DNA of 64,000 nt from Paraphysomonas bandaiensis (taxonomy: Eukaryota > Protista > Chrysophyceae). The stretch is from contig CBFFRP010000030.1 of NCBI GenBank assembly GCA_965644295.1, forward strand, positions 1,079-65,078, written 5' to 3'. Below, piece by piece: positions 11,601-24,538 of the stretch; the first letter of the stretch is position 1, and every line of letters starts with the position of its first letter. Under the pieces are notes generated by a model. The model had not been told where the DNA came from. It was given only the letters and a program-made list of their open reading frames with translations, and did no database searches. The position numbers and the translations under genes are program-made.

Positions 11601-13743
11601 CAGATTTGATATCTGTTTCACTCGCAGAATCTTTGTTTTCTGCCAACGATCGTATAATCTTATTAGAGAATCGGGGCGCAGCACCCTGATCAATATGTAG
11701 TCTTGACAACTCATCCCCAGGGAATGCCGTCAAATCCACTATCGGCTTTGCGACATCAGATCCACTATCGGCTTTCTGGTCGCAATCCACGTTACACTTG
11801 TCACCAGACGACCTCTCTGTGGCTGATATCATATCGGAATTTCTGCCCGATTCATTCTTGCTCTCGTCGAGATTGACATCCTCTTGTTTGACATTTGTCG
11901 CTGTTGTGTCATCCACTGCATTCACCGGGTCTGCAGTTGCTGTAGATGGGATAGGCATTTCCTCAACACTAGAGATTCGGTGTGTTTGAACAGGTACTGA
12001 ATGCGGGGAATCAGTGGTGACAGTACTACATTTCTCAGCCTCGGGTTGGTGCTGGGAAGAAGTGGGTGGTGGAACAGCGGGGTTAGGGAGTGAAAATGTC
12101 GTTGGAGATGCGGAAGCTGATGGAGGTGCAGTTGAGGTAGCAGGGGACATACCACTTGCACGTACAACCGGAGACTGTCCCTTGCTGGCGGGAGTCTGAG
12201 GAGATGAAGTCCCAGAGCCTCCACCACGTGACGAGTCGCCTTTGAGGTCTTGCAGACTAATGGCATTACCAGACTTGTCCTTCAAGGAGAGTTGTTTCTT
12301 GGATTGTTCTACTGATGTATTCTGCGACTGCTGGGAATATGGTCTCTGCTGCTTATTTTGCTGCGGCATATGCTGATGCTGGTGGTTCGTTATCTCCGGA
12401 TTTAACATCGGCATATACGACTGTTGAATCGCCGGTTGTTGAGAATAAGAGTACAAGCCAGCGGACCCAGAGGATGGATTCATGAATCTATTAGGCATAT
12501 TGTTTCTGTGGGGATCGCCAGGCATACCCACCATATGGTTGCGTGGCATTGGAGAAGCATTGTGGATACTATTTGGCGGGAAATTGGGAGAATAGTTGGG
12601 AGGAAAAGGGAAATACATATGTGAACTATAGGAATGAGGAGTATGCTGAATCGGGGGGGAAATGCCATTTATACGCCCGGGTGGCTGTTGGGGTACCACC
12701 TGAGAAATGTACTGATAAGGCTGGTGAGGCATAACTGGAACAGGGAGAGCTACTCCTTGATTGTGTGGCAACGGCATCTTGTTCCGTGCATCTCCAGAGT
12801 CCATGACAACACCTCCTGGCATGCCAGGTGTGTGGTTTACACGCACATTAGGAGCGCGGGGGGGATAGTAGGCCTGCTGCGGTGAGAATCCTCGTGCGAG
12901 CGAAAACTGTTCGTGGACAGTACCTCGGGACATCTGCGTATGGGGGGTGCGCTGTTTCTCGTACGGCCTTTTACTGTCAGAACTGGGGAAAGAGCTCTGG
13001 GAATCCGGACTTGGGTTCTGCCCCATAATAGGTGTGTTCTGCCCCATAGTAGGTGTGCCCTGCCCCACCGTTGGTATGCTCTGTACCGCGACAGGTGAGA
13101 TTTGCCCCGCGGCAGGTGACGTTTGCACCGCAGCAAGTGCATCCGGTGCCACCTGCTGTTCAGTTTGTAAACCCTCTTCCCAGACCTTTGGTAAATAAGC
13201 CCCTCTGGGTGAAGAAGTGCCACCACCTGGTTGCTGTTGACCTTCTGCTGTTGGTTTACCATATGTTTGGGGGCTCCCAGTCTGTGATACGTTAAGTGGT
13301 AATCACAGCCAGGTGTTACTTACATGATGTGGATGTTGTCCCACAGATGAGTAATGTGCAGGTTTTCTGAGACCATTTCCACCCACTTCTAAAATTCCAG
13401 CATGTTCATCAGGAGGCGCAGAATTTGTTCTCATCAACGTAACCTGCCGTATAATATGACGATACAAACTCTTCATCGTGTGTGGTACCTGACTGTGGTC
13501 TTTTTGTTTCGGCCATTTCTTTCCTGTGCGTCCACCAGATTTCCCTCCTCCGCGCCCTCGTGCATTGCTCGTTGAGGTGGTGTTGACCGATGGAGAGCCC
13601 TGTGCATCAGGCGAAGATCTCTGTCGGGAGGCGGGATTATTATTATCCCGCCTCCCTCTCTGTCGAGCTGAACTCGGATTAGAACTGTTCGGTTCTTCTA
13701 CATCCGGACTACCACTATGATTGTCGTTCCCGTTTGTAGACAT
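8655..13743 (-). CDS. EIF4G: Eukaryotic translation initiation factor 4G (multi-exon; MIF4G and MA3 domains)
   Basis: ILNKITPQTF, FDKAVNEPNFANLYAEMC, RRMFGNIRFIGEL, SRIRFSIEEIIALRKNAW; MA3-like IVDEYLSMKDSTEANECLAEL; 4E-binding-like YSKAEIL. Last exon APEWLG...FLSSLS* ends at 8655. Start codon inferred. Confidence 0.92.
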
Positions 13744-14239
13744 AGAAATATATGTACGAAGCAAACAAAAGCGAATTAACGCTTACACGAATTAACTATA
13801 TATTCGTACTATATATATAGCGCCCCACATCCCGTAAGTCAAAAAGGGGTCATATAAGAAGGACCCCTTTTGAGTTCTGCGTTTCTTCATGCATTTATAT
13901 ATGCAAAAAAAATATTCCTAAAATCTTGAGCAGACATTCCCTTCAAAAAACGGAAAATAATAATATCGTTGCTGTGAAGTCGTCATCAGCACTATACAAG
14001 TTAAGTTGGACATCAGGAGCAGGATGTATGTATGGCAGAGGTAGTGGTGTGTATGTGTGTATACCACAATGATACAATACAATCTGATAGATAGTTAGGT
14101 GATTGAGTGTTGTATGGTTTACTGGATACACAGACGCTTTGGATTCATATAATCCTCCATCGATATTGATTTTATATTGGTGTTACTTGCTGCCAGGATT
14201 GGACGGGGTTAACTACTCCTTGCATATCCGTCTTCCCAA

Positions 14240-16203
14240 ATGAGTATATCATCAGATGAAGTGAATTATTTAATTTATCGGTATCTGCAAGAGAATGGTC
14301 AGTTAGTTCATGTTTGATCTTGAATAATGTGTTCTTATTCTTTGTCGTTAGGGTTTAGCCACTCTGCTTTTGCCTTTGCACATGAATCGTTAGTTGCTAA
14401 GTCCAGTGTGGCCTACACTGATATACCTCCAGGTGCACTTATCACTTTCCTTCAGAAGGGTCTAGAGTACGTTGGTATTGAAGAGCACATCAGTGAGGTA
14501 GGATCGTAAATAGTATCATAAATAGCGTATTAACAGCATTGTAGGATGGCACAATACAGGAATTTGACGGAAACTACTCTTTACTATCTCCATTTATCTG
14601 TCAAGCCGTCGGCACAAAAGAAGAGCGGAAGATTCGTAAAGTCCCGCAACAAGCCGGCTCTGGCTCATCTGAAGGTATGTGCATATTTGGTTACCACTCA
14701 TTGTGACGTAGATGGATATACAGCAATGGTTGTTGATGGCAACGTTGGACTGCAGGCTACGAAAAACACGGGAGGTAGTTCTGCAAACGTAGGGAAAATG
14801 GCTGTCCAGTCGTCGGCTATAATGAGGTATGATGTCTATTTCGCATGGTATATTTCTGCTATTCTAATTTTTTGTGTAGGACTGATGGCTTACAGCAATC
14901 CGTGTCATTGCAGGGTCATCAAGGCGAGGTCTTTATGTGCCTGTGGAACCCTGAAACCAAGCAGTTAGCCTCAGGATCTGCAGATGGGACGTGTAGACTG
15001 TGGACTATGTCTAGCGACGACACTATCGCAGCAGTAGAAGACGGGGAGGAAGTGCCCGTGGACACAGCTGTGATGCCGCATTGCAGTTTCATCGGAGAGC
15101 GCTACAGAGATGTCACGTCAGTTAACTGGAGTCCTAGCGGTTCACACCTAGCCACAGGATGTTATGATGGTGTCGCACGAGTGTGGACGGCACAGGGATC
15201 GTTGGAAAAGGAACTGAAGGAGCACAATGGTCCCGTCTTCTCCCTCAAATGGAGCAAGGACGGCAAATACCTGCTCAGCGGTAGCTACGACAGACGCTCA
15301 ATTGTTTGGGACCCTAAAACTGGCTCGGCACTGAAAACATACCTTCTCCACTCGGCACCAGTGTTGGACGTGGACTGGAGCGACTCCGATGTGTTTGCCA
15401 CTTGCTCTTCTGATAAAACGATATTTGTATGCCAAGTGTCAAGTGAGGAGTCTAATGCTATTCATAAATTTGAGGGACATGAAGATGAAGTGAATTCTGT
15501 TAGTTGGGCTCCAGGTGGCCAATACTTGGCCTCATGTTCAGATGACAGCACTGCCAAGGTGATTGAGTGAAGATATCTTCTATGCTCTGCTGATTATGTT
15601 TATATTATCGAAGGTGTGGACTCTAATGGGTATGAAACATGATCTTCGAGGCCATGAGAAGGAGATATATACTGTGCGGTGGACTCCCACGGGGCCCGGT
15701 TCACCTCACCCTGACACGCCGTTGCGCCTTTGTACTGCTTCCTTTGACGGCACGGTGAAGGTGCGATAACTACTATTATAACACTATAGGTAACCACTCC
15801 ATAGGTGTGGAATCCGGACACGGGGTCTATGGTATACGATTTTTGTAGGCATGGACAACCTGTGTATAGTCTTGCTGCAAACCCATCAGGTATTGAACCT
15901 CCCATTCCTATATTTGACATTGATATGTTGCGAACACAGGCAATGTACTTGCTGCTGGTTCGCTGGGCGGTCACGTCACACTCTGGTCCCTTGACGATGG
16001 ATCATTGGTAGGGTTATCTCCGTGTTTGTGTATTTGTGTTTTTTATGTTATGGTAACAGATAAATGAAGTGAAGAGCAATGGGGATACTTTTGATGTCTC
16101 TTGGAGTAGTGATGGATCAATGTTATGTTCCTGTTTCTCATCGGGCACTATCAATATAATGCTTCTCAAACGAAATGCAGTTAAGTTGGAGAAGAGTGGT
16201 TAA
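14240..16203 (+). CDS. TBL1XR1: TBL1/TBL1XR1 (ebi/Sif2)-like LisH and WD40 protein (multi-exon)
   Basis: MSISSDEVNYLIYRYLQENG|FSHSAFAFAHES and IPPGALITFLQKGLEYVGIE (LisH); WD40 repeats; GHEKEIYTVRWTPTGPGS. Confidence 0.92.
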
Positions 16204-17150
16204 GGGAGGATTGGGGACAATTTTCCAACAACTAGATGTTGTATTGTTGAAACTTCGTCATTGTAATAATATGGTACTATCTATGAAATAGTTTAATCTG
16301 TAACTTTGTTATGTACAATGTAATCAGAAACATTGTACCTAGTGCTTTCAGCTCGGTGGCGTTACGGAGTGGGTGCGTTGTATTACGTATTACACATGTT
16401 ATTGATTTCTATACTGCGTAAGGAGTTGTAATCAAGTGTCACTTATATTGTCATCACATGTGCACTGTGCTTGGAAAACGCACAATATTGTAAACGATAG
16501 TAGAAACATGGCCTTTCATTCTTGTTTGCTTGGCATGTATTTCGAGTTTTGAGCATACGTAAGACTTGCTGCAATAGTACTATTGCCACAGTCCTTTGAC
16601 AATACCTTCATGACTATATGTTATATGTAGTATGTAGCATTTCTGCAAGTAGAATTGAAGTTGTTTCAGTAGAGTTGTAACAGCAGCAATGTCCACTCTG
16701 CGTATCAGGGCCTGATAACAATACACAACAATTTTTTACTTGGCCGTGCTGCTTACAGGCTTGCATATGACACTCGGAGAAAGAATGCTTTATTTTGATG
16801 CCTTGGATGCACACGTCTTTCCATCATATTGTGATTTCCACTACTTAAATGTATATGTACGGCAGCTGACATACTATGAGTTACGAGGATAGATCTTGTT
16901 AATCCATAGTACTAATAACAACTCTGAGTTCAATTATTATAATAGTCACGTTAGTCATTTGTCCCTCACAGTTTAAGTACCTACATCTATGCTAATACGA
17001 CATATTATACCACAATCCCCTACATATCTGATACAGTAAAGTTATCAATGAAAGGCCTGTGTGAGCGCAACACAAAAAGAATCAGTATGACAGATCGAGG
17101 ACTAATTTCCCACAACAAGGACAATTAGCGTGAGACAATCAATCAGCACT

Positions 17151-17882
17151 CTACACAGTAGCCCTTAAAGTTCCCGCAGCTTCAACTATAGCATGTCCAA
17201 CATCATCGCTGTCGCCATCGGTCTTGCGGCGCTTTCCTTCTCTCAAGGGTGCGAGGAGATTGGCAGTAGATTGCTGTGCTTCGTCTATGGTTCCTCCAGC
17301 AGCCATTACTGTATCAAACCAGGCTTGTTTCAGATCTGCTTGCTGTTCTGCATCCAACAGGCCAAAGGCAGGAGAGTTAATAGCCGACTGTAGAGCATCT
17401 TGGCGAGCCCTCACACTTTCTGAAACAGGGTTCTTGCGTTTACGATTAACTAGACGTCTTGGTTTGATAGGTGGCAATTGACTAAGCTCTGCTGCAGCAT
17501 CTGGGTCTGGGTTAGGACACACAGCGATCTGCTGAGTACCCTCTTTCACTCCACGGATGTGGACGCGAATGCGCTGCTTACCACCAGTGAACACCTTACC
17601 ACAACTCTTGCACTTGTATCGACTGTTCGACTTACTGCCTTTTACATTCCTCTCTAGAATATGAACAAACTTCTCCTCAATGTTGCGTGGCTACATTATC
17701 AATTAGAGGTATATGATTGTATGACATCATATCAATAAACTTACAGGAATGTAGTCTCCATATGTACTTGTCGGCAACAGCAACTCAGAGTCGGGAATAG
17801 AAAGCTTAGGGTCTTGTTGTGACACGTCTTGAGCACCGACTGTTGCAGCTGCTGTGGGGTCAGAGATGGTATTGGAGTTCAT
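17151..17882 (-). CDS. BED-type zinc-finger protein (at least 2 exons)
   Basis: Spliced reading gives YKCKSCGKVFTGGKQRIRVHIRGVKEGTQQIAVC; GT-AG intron near 17692-17744; basic NLS-like patches; 3' end uncertain. Confidence 0.6.
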
Positions 17883-18292
17883 TTTCAAATGAATTGTGTA
17901 TTTTCTGGGCTGGGAATACGGCGAACCTCTGCTAAAGTGAATTGTAGTTTTGAATACAATTGTACTTGTCTCTTATAGTAGTTTATACTAGAGGTGTAAT
18001 ACAAGCACGAAGAAGACTGTATTCAGGGCATTCTTTCTCACCCAATTTACACCGTATCTTGAAAAGACAAAATTTGCATCTTCAAAATACGTATCTTGAG
18101 CGGACGCTATCAGCTCTTCAATTTCAGCTGTTGTATAATTGGCTGAATGGAATGGCATATATTGAGCGAGAATACGTGTGTAGGAGGAAGAAGGGAAGGT
18201 AAGTTGAGTTAGTTTTTCTACAGGAGTTCTAATACCATATTCTCACCTAACATTACCTCTTAAGGATTTAAAGACTAACGACTAAATTAACA

Positions 18293-18642
18293 ATGAATTT
18301 GATTAAGGTTTTCACTTTCCTTCTTGTTTCTGTCTTCGGGATGGTTCTTGGCCAGAAGACTTTCGATTGCAACAACTACAACAACGATTGCTTGGGCTGT
18401 ATCCAGTCCACCAAGAACATGGTTCACCAGTGCACTTACTGCCCTCAGGACGGTAAGAAAATCTAAATTTCTATTTTTTGTGTGTTAATTTGAGTGCAGC
18501 TATTTGTCATACTGTTGGCTCTATTTTCAACAAGTGCTCCAATGAAGAGTGCATCTCCCTGTCGTCAGCCAGCACTTGCGACAACAAGTCCGCAGACTCT
18601 TGCAACAACGTCAAGGCTTATGGCAAGCAGTACCTTCGTTAA
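18293..18642 (+). CDS. Small secreted cysteine-rich protein, 100 aa, 10 Cys (PSI-like spacing); not in the ORF track
   Basis: Exons 18293-18452 and 18500-18642 with a 47-nt GT-AG intron: MNLIKVFTFLLVSVFGMVLG-QKTFDCNNYNNDCLGCIQSTKNMVHQCTYCPQDAICHTVGSIFNKCSNEECISLSSASTCDNKSADSCNNVKAYGKQYLR*. Confidence 0.8.
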
Positions 18643-19119
18643 TCGAATTAACACCTCCTGCAACTCTTTGTGATATGGTGATAGTTCATTCCCATAACTC
18701 ATGTTAAGTGTAAAGCTACTCTTTGCACACCACATAAGTAATAAAATTCGGTTGGATTTATTTAACGTTTACCAATACTTCTAATTGTCATTCAATCTAC
18801 TACTGTCAGAAACTAAGAAGAATTAGAGCCTTTAGTAAGATCCGCTGAGCATAGACATGACAATAGTCTAAGCTGTCGGGGATGGAAAACAGAAAAAGTT
18901 CAACTGAGGTTTGTAGAGAGCCAATACAAGACGAACCAGTACATAATGCGTAGGACGCCATTGTTAGTTTCTTATGTTTCTAAATTCGAAACTAGATATA
19001 TTTCATATTTCAGTAAAACAACACCAACAGAATAAAAGTGCACCACTTCTATAGTGACAATTAAAATATCAAATGTGCAATATTTACATAATCTAGATAT
19101 GTGTCATTCATGACCGATA

Positions 19120-21097
19120 CTATTGTGACAACACGTAAGACCGCAACTGAGTTGCACTTGTAGTGACAATCACGAATCTTCCATTTCCTTGTTGTGTGAA
19201 CAAGGATTGCCGAATAGAATCAACGTGTGGCGCGAGTCTAAATCACCAAATCATACAGAAGTTAGGTCAATACAACAAATAGTAGCATAAAACAATTTAC
19301 CTGCCGATTGCGTGCACATTGTGTGGGCTGCTTACCACCGACAAATTACAGCAGTTCGACGCATCATCCGGGTAGACAACCAATAATACATCATCACCAC
19401 ATTCAGTATACGACTCGTTTTCGTCGTTCTCGAATAGACCCACCACGATTTCTGTGGGGACAACACCCACTGCCGGTCTGCTTGCTGCAATGGTCCCCTT
19501 ATGACCAGTGACCACAGCGCTTTGGTGCACGCTGTCTGGGCAACGTGATGACAGTGAAAGGCAGTGTGCAGCCGCCGGAAATGACTCCGATGAACGGCAC
19601 GAAAGTAACACTCCACAAAGGTCGTCACTTATATCCCCACTACTATTCCACGCGCCCACAGGGCAAGGCTGGATGTCATACACAGACCCTGTGTGGGCAC
19701 TCTGGAGAGGACTGACAAAAGCATTGTCGCGGGAGAAGCTTGGTATTATAACTCGACAAATGGACCGATGACCCACTAGTACACGGTCATGTCCTAGGTG
19801 CGTCGTGTGTAAGATCGATTGCACTGGAGGAAGTATGCCTGGGGTTCCGCTATGGTGTACATTGTTGCTAACTGAGAATGGTCCATTGTGATTATCGGGC
19901 GGGAAGGCAATGGAATACGATCTTATCGGAATGCTCGCCTGACGTACATCAAATACGCACACCATCCCGTTGGTTCCTCCGATCCACAGCTCGTGCTGCG
20001 ATCTCGACGAAAAAGCACAACTCCAGGCCTGGTGGGCACCCAGATCAAGACGTGCAACGGCCTCTCCAGAAGTATTCGAAATCAAATGGCAGGAATGATC
20101 ACCACCAGTATATGCAGTATACTGAAACTGGTCCCAAGGAGACACAGTAATGTCACGGATCATAGAATCACTACATCCGACGAAATCGTAGGGGTGCATT
20201 CCTTCCAGAGACACCTAACACGAAGAGTGAAGTAGTAAAACGAGCAATTGACAGAATCATACCCTCTGTATATGGTATTTATTGTCAGGATACTTGCAGG
20301 ACAGTAGCAATGTATCATTAGGCGAAGACCTGCTGGCTGTTCTGAGGACCCGGGCATCGCAGAGATGGTCCAATGTTCCTGAAGGTTCAAACCCCACAGT
20401 TTGAACGGGTACTACAGAAGCTAATTGATTCAGATATATAGGGTGGCAACTATGCAGATGATACCTTGTCGGAATCCAGCGCTGGGTCTTATATCTCGTT
20501 GACTGTAGAGGGAATTAATTTGATCCCGGAGAAGTTTTTCATTGCGCAGTAGCTCCATAATTTGCACCTGAGCTTCTCTTAAACGGATGCTTAATTTGGC
20601 CTTATCGGCTTCCACCTGCAATAGAACGACAACATTAACACTTTCGCAACGCTGAAAATTATAATACACTTGAATGCTACAAGAACGTAAGTAGCAAAAT
20701 AGAGCACTTAAAGTGTCACTCTTACCTTCTGTCGCTTTATCTTCTCACATTCAACTTCGGATTTGAGGTTATCAACCACAGCATTGTCCACTGCAACGAC
20801 ATTACAGTCATACAGATCAATTAAATCGCCTCGCTTCAGTTTTTTTCGACAAGTTGGACATGACCTGGAGCTACTGTAGGATTTTAGTATGCAGCTTTTT
20901 CCGAATATGTGGCCGCACTTTGTGACGACTATTCTGTGGGTGCCCTCCTTAGTGAATGGCTCCAAACAAATAGCGCATTCACTCCCATTATCGGCAACAC
21001 GCCCTTCATCCGTATCCGCTCTTATTGCTTGTCTATTGTCATCAGACTGGTCGTCATTGTCGTCTGAATCATCTAATACATGTATCACTTGATTCAT
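19120..21097 (-). CDS. RFWD3: RFWD3-like E3 ligase (RING, coiled coil, WD40-like; multi-exon)
   Basis: CAICLEPFTKEGTHRIVVTKCGHIFGKSCI...CPTC RING; coiled coil; AWSCAFS...IGGTNGMVCVFDVRQ. Last exon ends YVLSQ* at 19120. Confidence 0.8.
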
Positions 21098-21584
21098 GAT
21101 ACCATAGTCAATGCAAATAGACTACGCTACTAATGAAGCCATTGCTGTTCCACCAGTAATATACCGCATGCATTACAGTACAGTAAAGTACCGTACATCA
21201 GTATTTGTAAGTGTGGACTCTACTTTACTTGTGAACATGTGATCTGATCCAATCCAGCTCATACTCATAGATGGCTGTATGTATGATTCAAAAAAACCCA
21301 CCGATCTATGTAAAACTAAAGGCAGGATTTTTGGGAGTTGTGTAAAATAATTTACACGAGAAAAAATTATTCTCTATTGTAGTGTGTGTGAGTTTTTGGG
21401 TTTAGCGAAACTAGAAGAACTATGTAAAATGAATTACACAACCTAAACTAAAAAAATCGCCAGTTTTTGACTCCGAAAAGTGCCACAAACGGTTTGTTTT
21501 TGTGCGATCTTGCAGCTATGATCTTGCTGTTATGATGTTCATAAGATATATATATACTTTGACATTGGTCATCAAGACAAAGTG

Positions 21585-23273
21585 ATGAATCGAGCCGCAT
21601 TAGAACACGTTATTCAGGGTCAGGCAGAACGAAATGTCATGAAAGCAACACAGTCCCACTACTTATCCAAATTGCGAGTTATGACAGGACTGCTGAATGA
21701 AGCGGAGCCTGCAATTCGAAACGAAGCATTGGAAATTGTTGATGGGGATGTTAGAAAGCATACGGGTGACGCCAAGCATATATATGTCCTGAAACTTCCA
21801 ATGTCTGCAGACACCGCAAAACTTTTGTTCGCATACATCTCAATCAACAGGCACCTAGCGAAATCAAGTCGGCGAAAGAAGAAGCGAAGTTCATTCGAGA
21901 TCAATCAAGAGAATGCATGCACTACTAGCGCTCCTTCAACTGGCGATAGTATAATGAATGAAAGAGATCTTAATCCCGGACAAAATGTTGTTACTGTAAG
22001 CGCACAAACGTATCAAAATTATAAGAGTGCTCTGCGTTGGTGGCACGAATATGATAGTCCGAATATGAGTAAAGTTGGTCATGTTTGGCCAGTAGAGGTT
22101 GACAGAGCTATATGTGCGGCTATTGCTACATATAAGAGGGATATAGGGCTGAAGAAAAGAAACGGAATTATGAAAGTTCGAGACGGCAAACTTCCCTATA
22201 ACCTATACGGATACAAAACCATTTGTGCCCATTTCATGAGCAAGATTCCAACTGCCAGAAGCCAGTCTTGGCATGAAGGGTTATTTGCCTCCCTATTCAC
22301 TAAGTTGTCAGTGAATACAATTGGTCGTTCCGATAATATTGACGACATCTTAACATGCAACATGGATTGGATAAACGATGCCCTAACTATTGTTTTTGGC
22401 ACTACTAAAGTGGACCAAACTGGCACCAAAACTACAGATATGAAACGTTTATACGCAAATCCATTTATGCCAGAAGTTTGTGTTATTCTAGACTTAGCTG
22501 TTTATGTGTGGTGTAAGCACTGTACAAGTACGGAAGATGCTGAATATGTATTTGATGGGGCTGACCAAGAGAAAAGATACTACAATCTATTAGTTCAAGC
22601 AGTGGAAAAGGACATCGACTCCTCGTTGGATCTTGGTTGTGCTCGGGAAGATATCGGCACTCACAGTAACCGGAAATTTGCCGAGTCGACATCAGTTTCG
22701 AGGATTGATGGCCCTAGTAGAACGCAAGTGTGTCTTCGAGCAGGGCAAGGTGTAGGCAGAACACAGGACTGCTACATGTTCTCCGAAGATGATGGTGATG
22801 CGCTAGTGGGGCGAACGGTAGCTCAACTAAAACTTAACGCTGACGAATTTGATGTACTTCCACCACATTGGTGCAATGCTGCTGTTATTCAGTTAAATGA
22901 GTATGGATGGGGCAACATCTTACCTAGCTATAACTACTACTGTGAGGGATTCCAAAGAATTATTAGAATGCTGTTTGCTAGTCTTGTTTATCATCATCAT
23001 GAAGGAAACATTAAACGGCTATACCATCCCCGACATCCAATTCACTGCCAGCCAATATTCACAGACCCTACACTTCTAAACTCGTTGAAGGATAAAGTAC
23101 TTTTGTGTCACCAGTACTGCACTGATACAGGAATGAGCGCTGAAGGTGTACCTGGTATTATCTTGATATCAAGAGAGATAAGAAACTTCAAGGCGGAAGT
23201 AGATAAAGATAAATCATCAGTGTTGCAGCGCGGCCTAATGATCTTAATATCAATACTTTGGCTAACAGATTAG
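21585..23273 (+). CDS. Crypton-type tyrosine recombinase, copy 1
   Basis: Catalytic pattern in ORF-track numbering: R249 (IGRSD), K276 (TTKVDQ), H361/R364 (GTHSNRK), Q389 (RAGQ), Y398 (QDCY); also YANPFMPEVC. Intronless; C-terminus may be truncated. Confidence 0.88.
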   Translation: MNRAALEHVIQGQAERNVMKATQSHYLSKLRVMTGLLNEAEPAIRNEALEIVDGDVRKHTGDAKHIYVLKLPMSADTAKLLFAYISINRHLAKSSRRKKKRSSFEINQENACTTSAPSTGDSIMNERDLNPGQNVVTVSAQTYQNYKSALRWWHEYDSPNMSKVGHVWPVEVDRAICAAIATYKRDIGLKKRNGIMKVRDGKLPYNLYGYKTICAHFMSKIPTARSQSWHEGLFASLFTKLSVNTIGRSDNIDDILTCNMDWINDALTIVFGTTKVDQTGTKTTDMKRLYANPFMPEVCVILDLAVYVWCKHCTSTEDAEYVFDGADQEKRYYNLLVQAVEKDIDSSLDLGCAREDIGTHSNRKFAESTSVSRIDGPSRTQVCLRAGQGVGRTQDCYMFSEDDGDALVGRTVAQLKLNADEFDVLPPHWCNAAVIQLNEYGWGNILPSYNYYCEGFQRIIRMLFASLVYHHHEGNIKRLYHPRHPIHCQPIFTDPTLLNSLKDKVLLCHQYCTDTGMSAEGVPGIILISREIRNFKAEVDKDKSSVLQRGLMILISILWLTD

Positions 23274-24538
23274 GAAAATTAAATCGTTGGTAGCTGTATT
23301 CGGAAGTGATATATATTATAAGTAAAGAATAAGGTTTTTAGTATTCGCTGTCTTATGACATTAATACCGGAAGTATTTAAATATAATAACAACTGATATA
23401 TACATACTGTCAGTGTGATTCGTGTAATCGATATTATATATATACATACTGTCTGTGTGATTTGTGCAACAATCGATATACAGTTGTGCATTGTCAGTTG
23501 TACGGTATGCATTACCGCCAGTACGTAATATACATAATACTCATCAAGAAGGATAATTTCCAGAGAAGTCGCAGCAGTTTTGTTTGTCAGAAGTTTATTA
23601 TCATGAGGTGACGTGTAATCTTGTTTATCCACAATACCTGGCGAGTCGCTGGAAGTATAGTTCTGGATGGGGCACCACCGTTGGCCAGAGTTGGTTACCT
23701 GCGCATTACACCCTAAGAGCATTACTCTCAATCCAGAACACTTACACAGCAGTCACTCTGCGGTATGTGGCATATAAGAAGTACCGATCTTACACCGAGA
23801 CAACTTCTGGAGCACGATGCTGATACAGAGGTGTATATATAGGAAATAATTTACCCAAAATATTTTTTCTATTAATTGCATGCATTGATAATACTAATAT
23901 GAACGCTGTCCCCCATTGATGGATATTGAAGATGCTAACGGTCACATTACTTGAATCCTTGAATTATCGGGAGAACTTCACAGGATGCACACTGAGCATA
24001 CCTTCTGCAAAATAACGACTCAAGCAGTATTTTATCCTCTTGTAAGGGTCCTCTTCCACTTCACTGTCTCTTCTTAAGGCAATAACCACACACATGAAGC
24101 AGTTGTCTCAAGCGGTTAAAAGTCATCGTACTGGTCTTGCACAGCATGAAGCTTGCGGTACAGTGAAGTCAAGTCAGTCCATTAACGACTCCATCAATCG
24201 TCCTTTGTTTTAATCTGCAGGTTGGGTCATAATTTCACCCCACAATAGACTGTCTGTGTGTCTATTTATGGTCACATGACCCTCAGGCCGTTCCTTAGGA
24301 CATGTCAAAATCAAAAAAATGGTATTATTTTGACAGTGGGGTGCGTTTTGCCATTCCTTAGGACAGTCAAAAATCAAAATAATGGCAAAATATTATTTTG
24401 ACACCCGGCTCGCATCAAAATAATGGTCACTATTTTGACGCCAGAGAAGGAATGTCAAAATAGTTGACCTCGCGTCAAAATAGTTGATAAGGCCATTATA
24501 ACCACAATAAGTCATCTTTTAGACAGAAGTAACACACG

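Noticed and set aside
10672-13295. Many plus-strand ORFs opposite eIF4G
   Set aside because: Shadow frames of a long GC-richer exon.
24300-24490. Clustered TCAAAATA repeats resembling a CRISPR or iteron array
   Set aside because: Irregular spacing and mixed orientation; they are Harbinger subterminal repeats mirrored at the other end.
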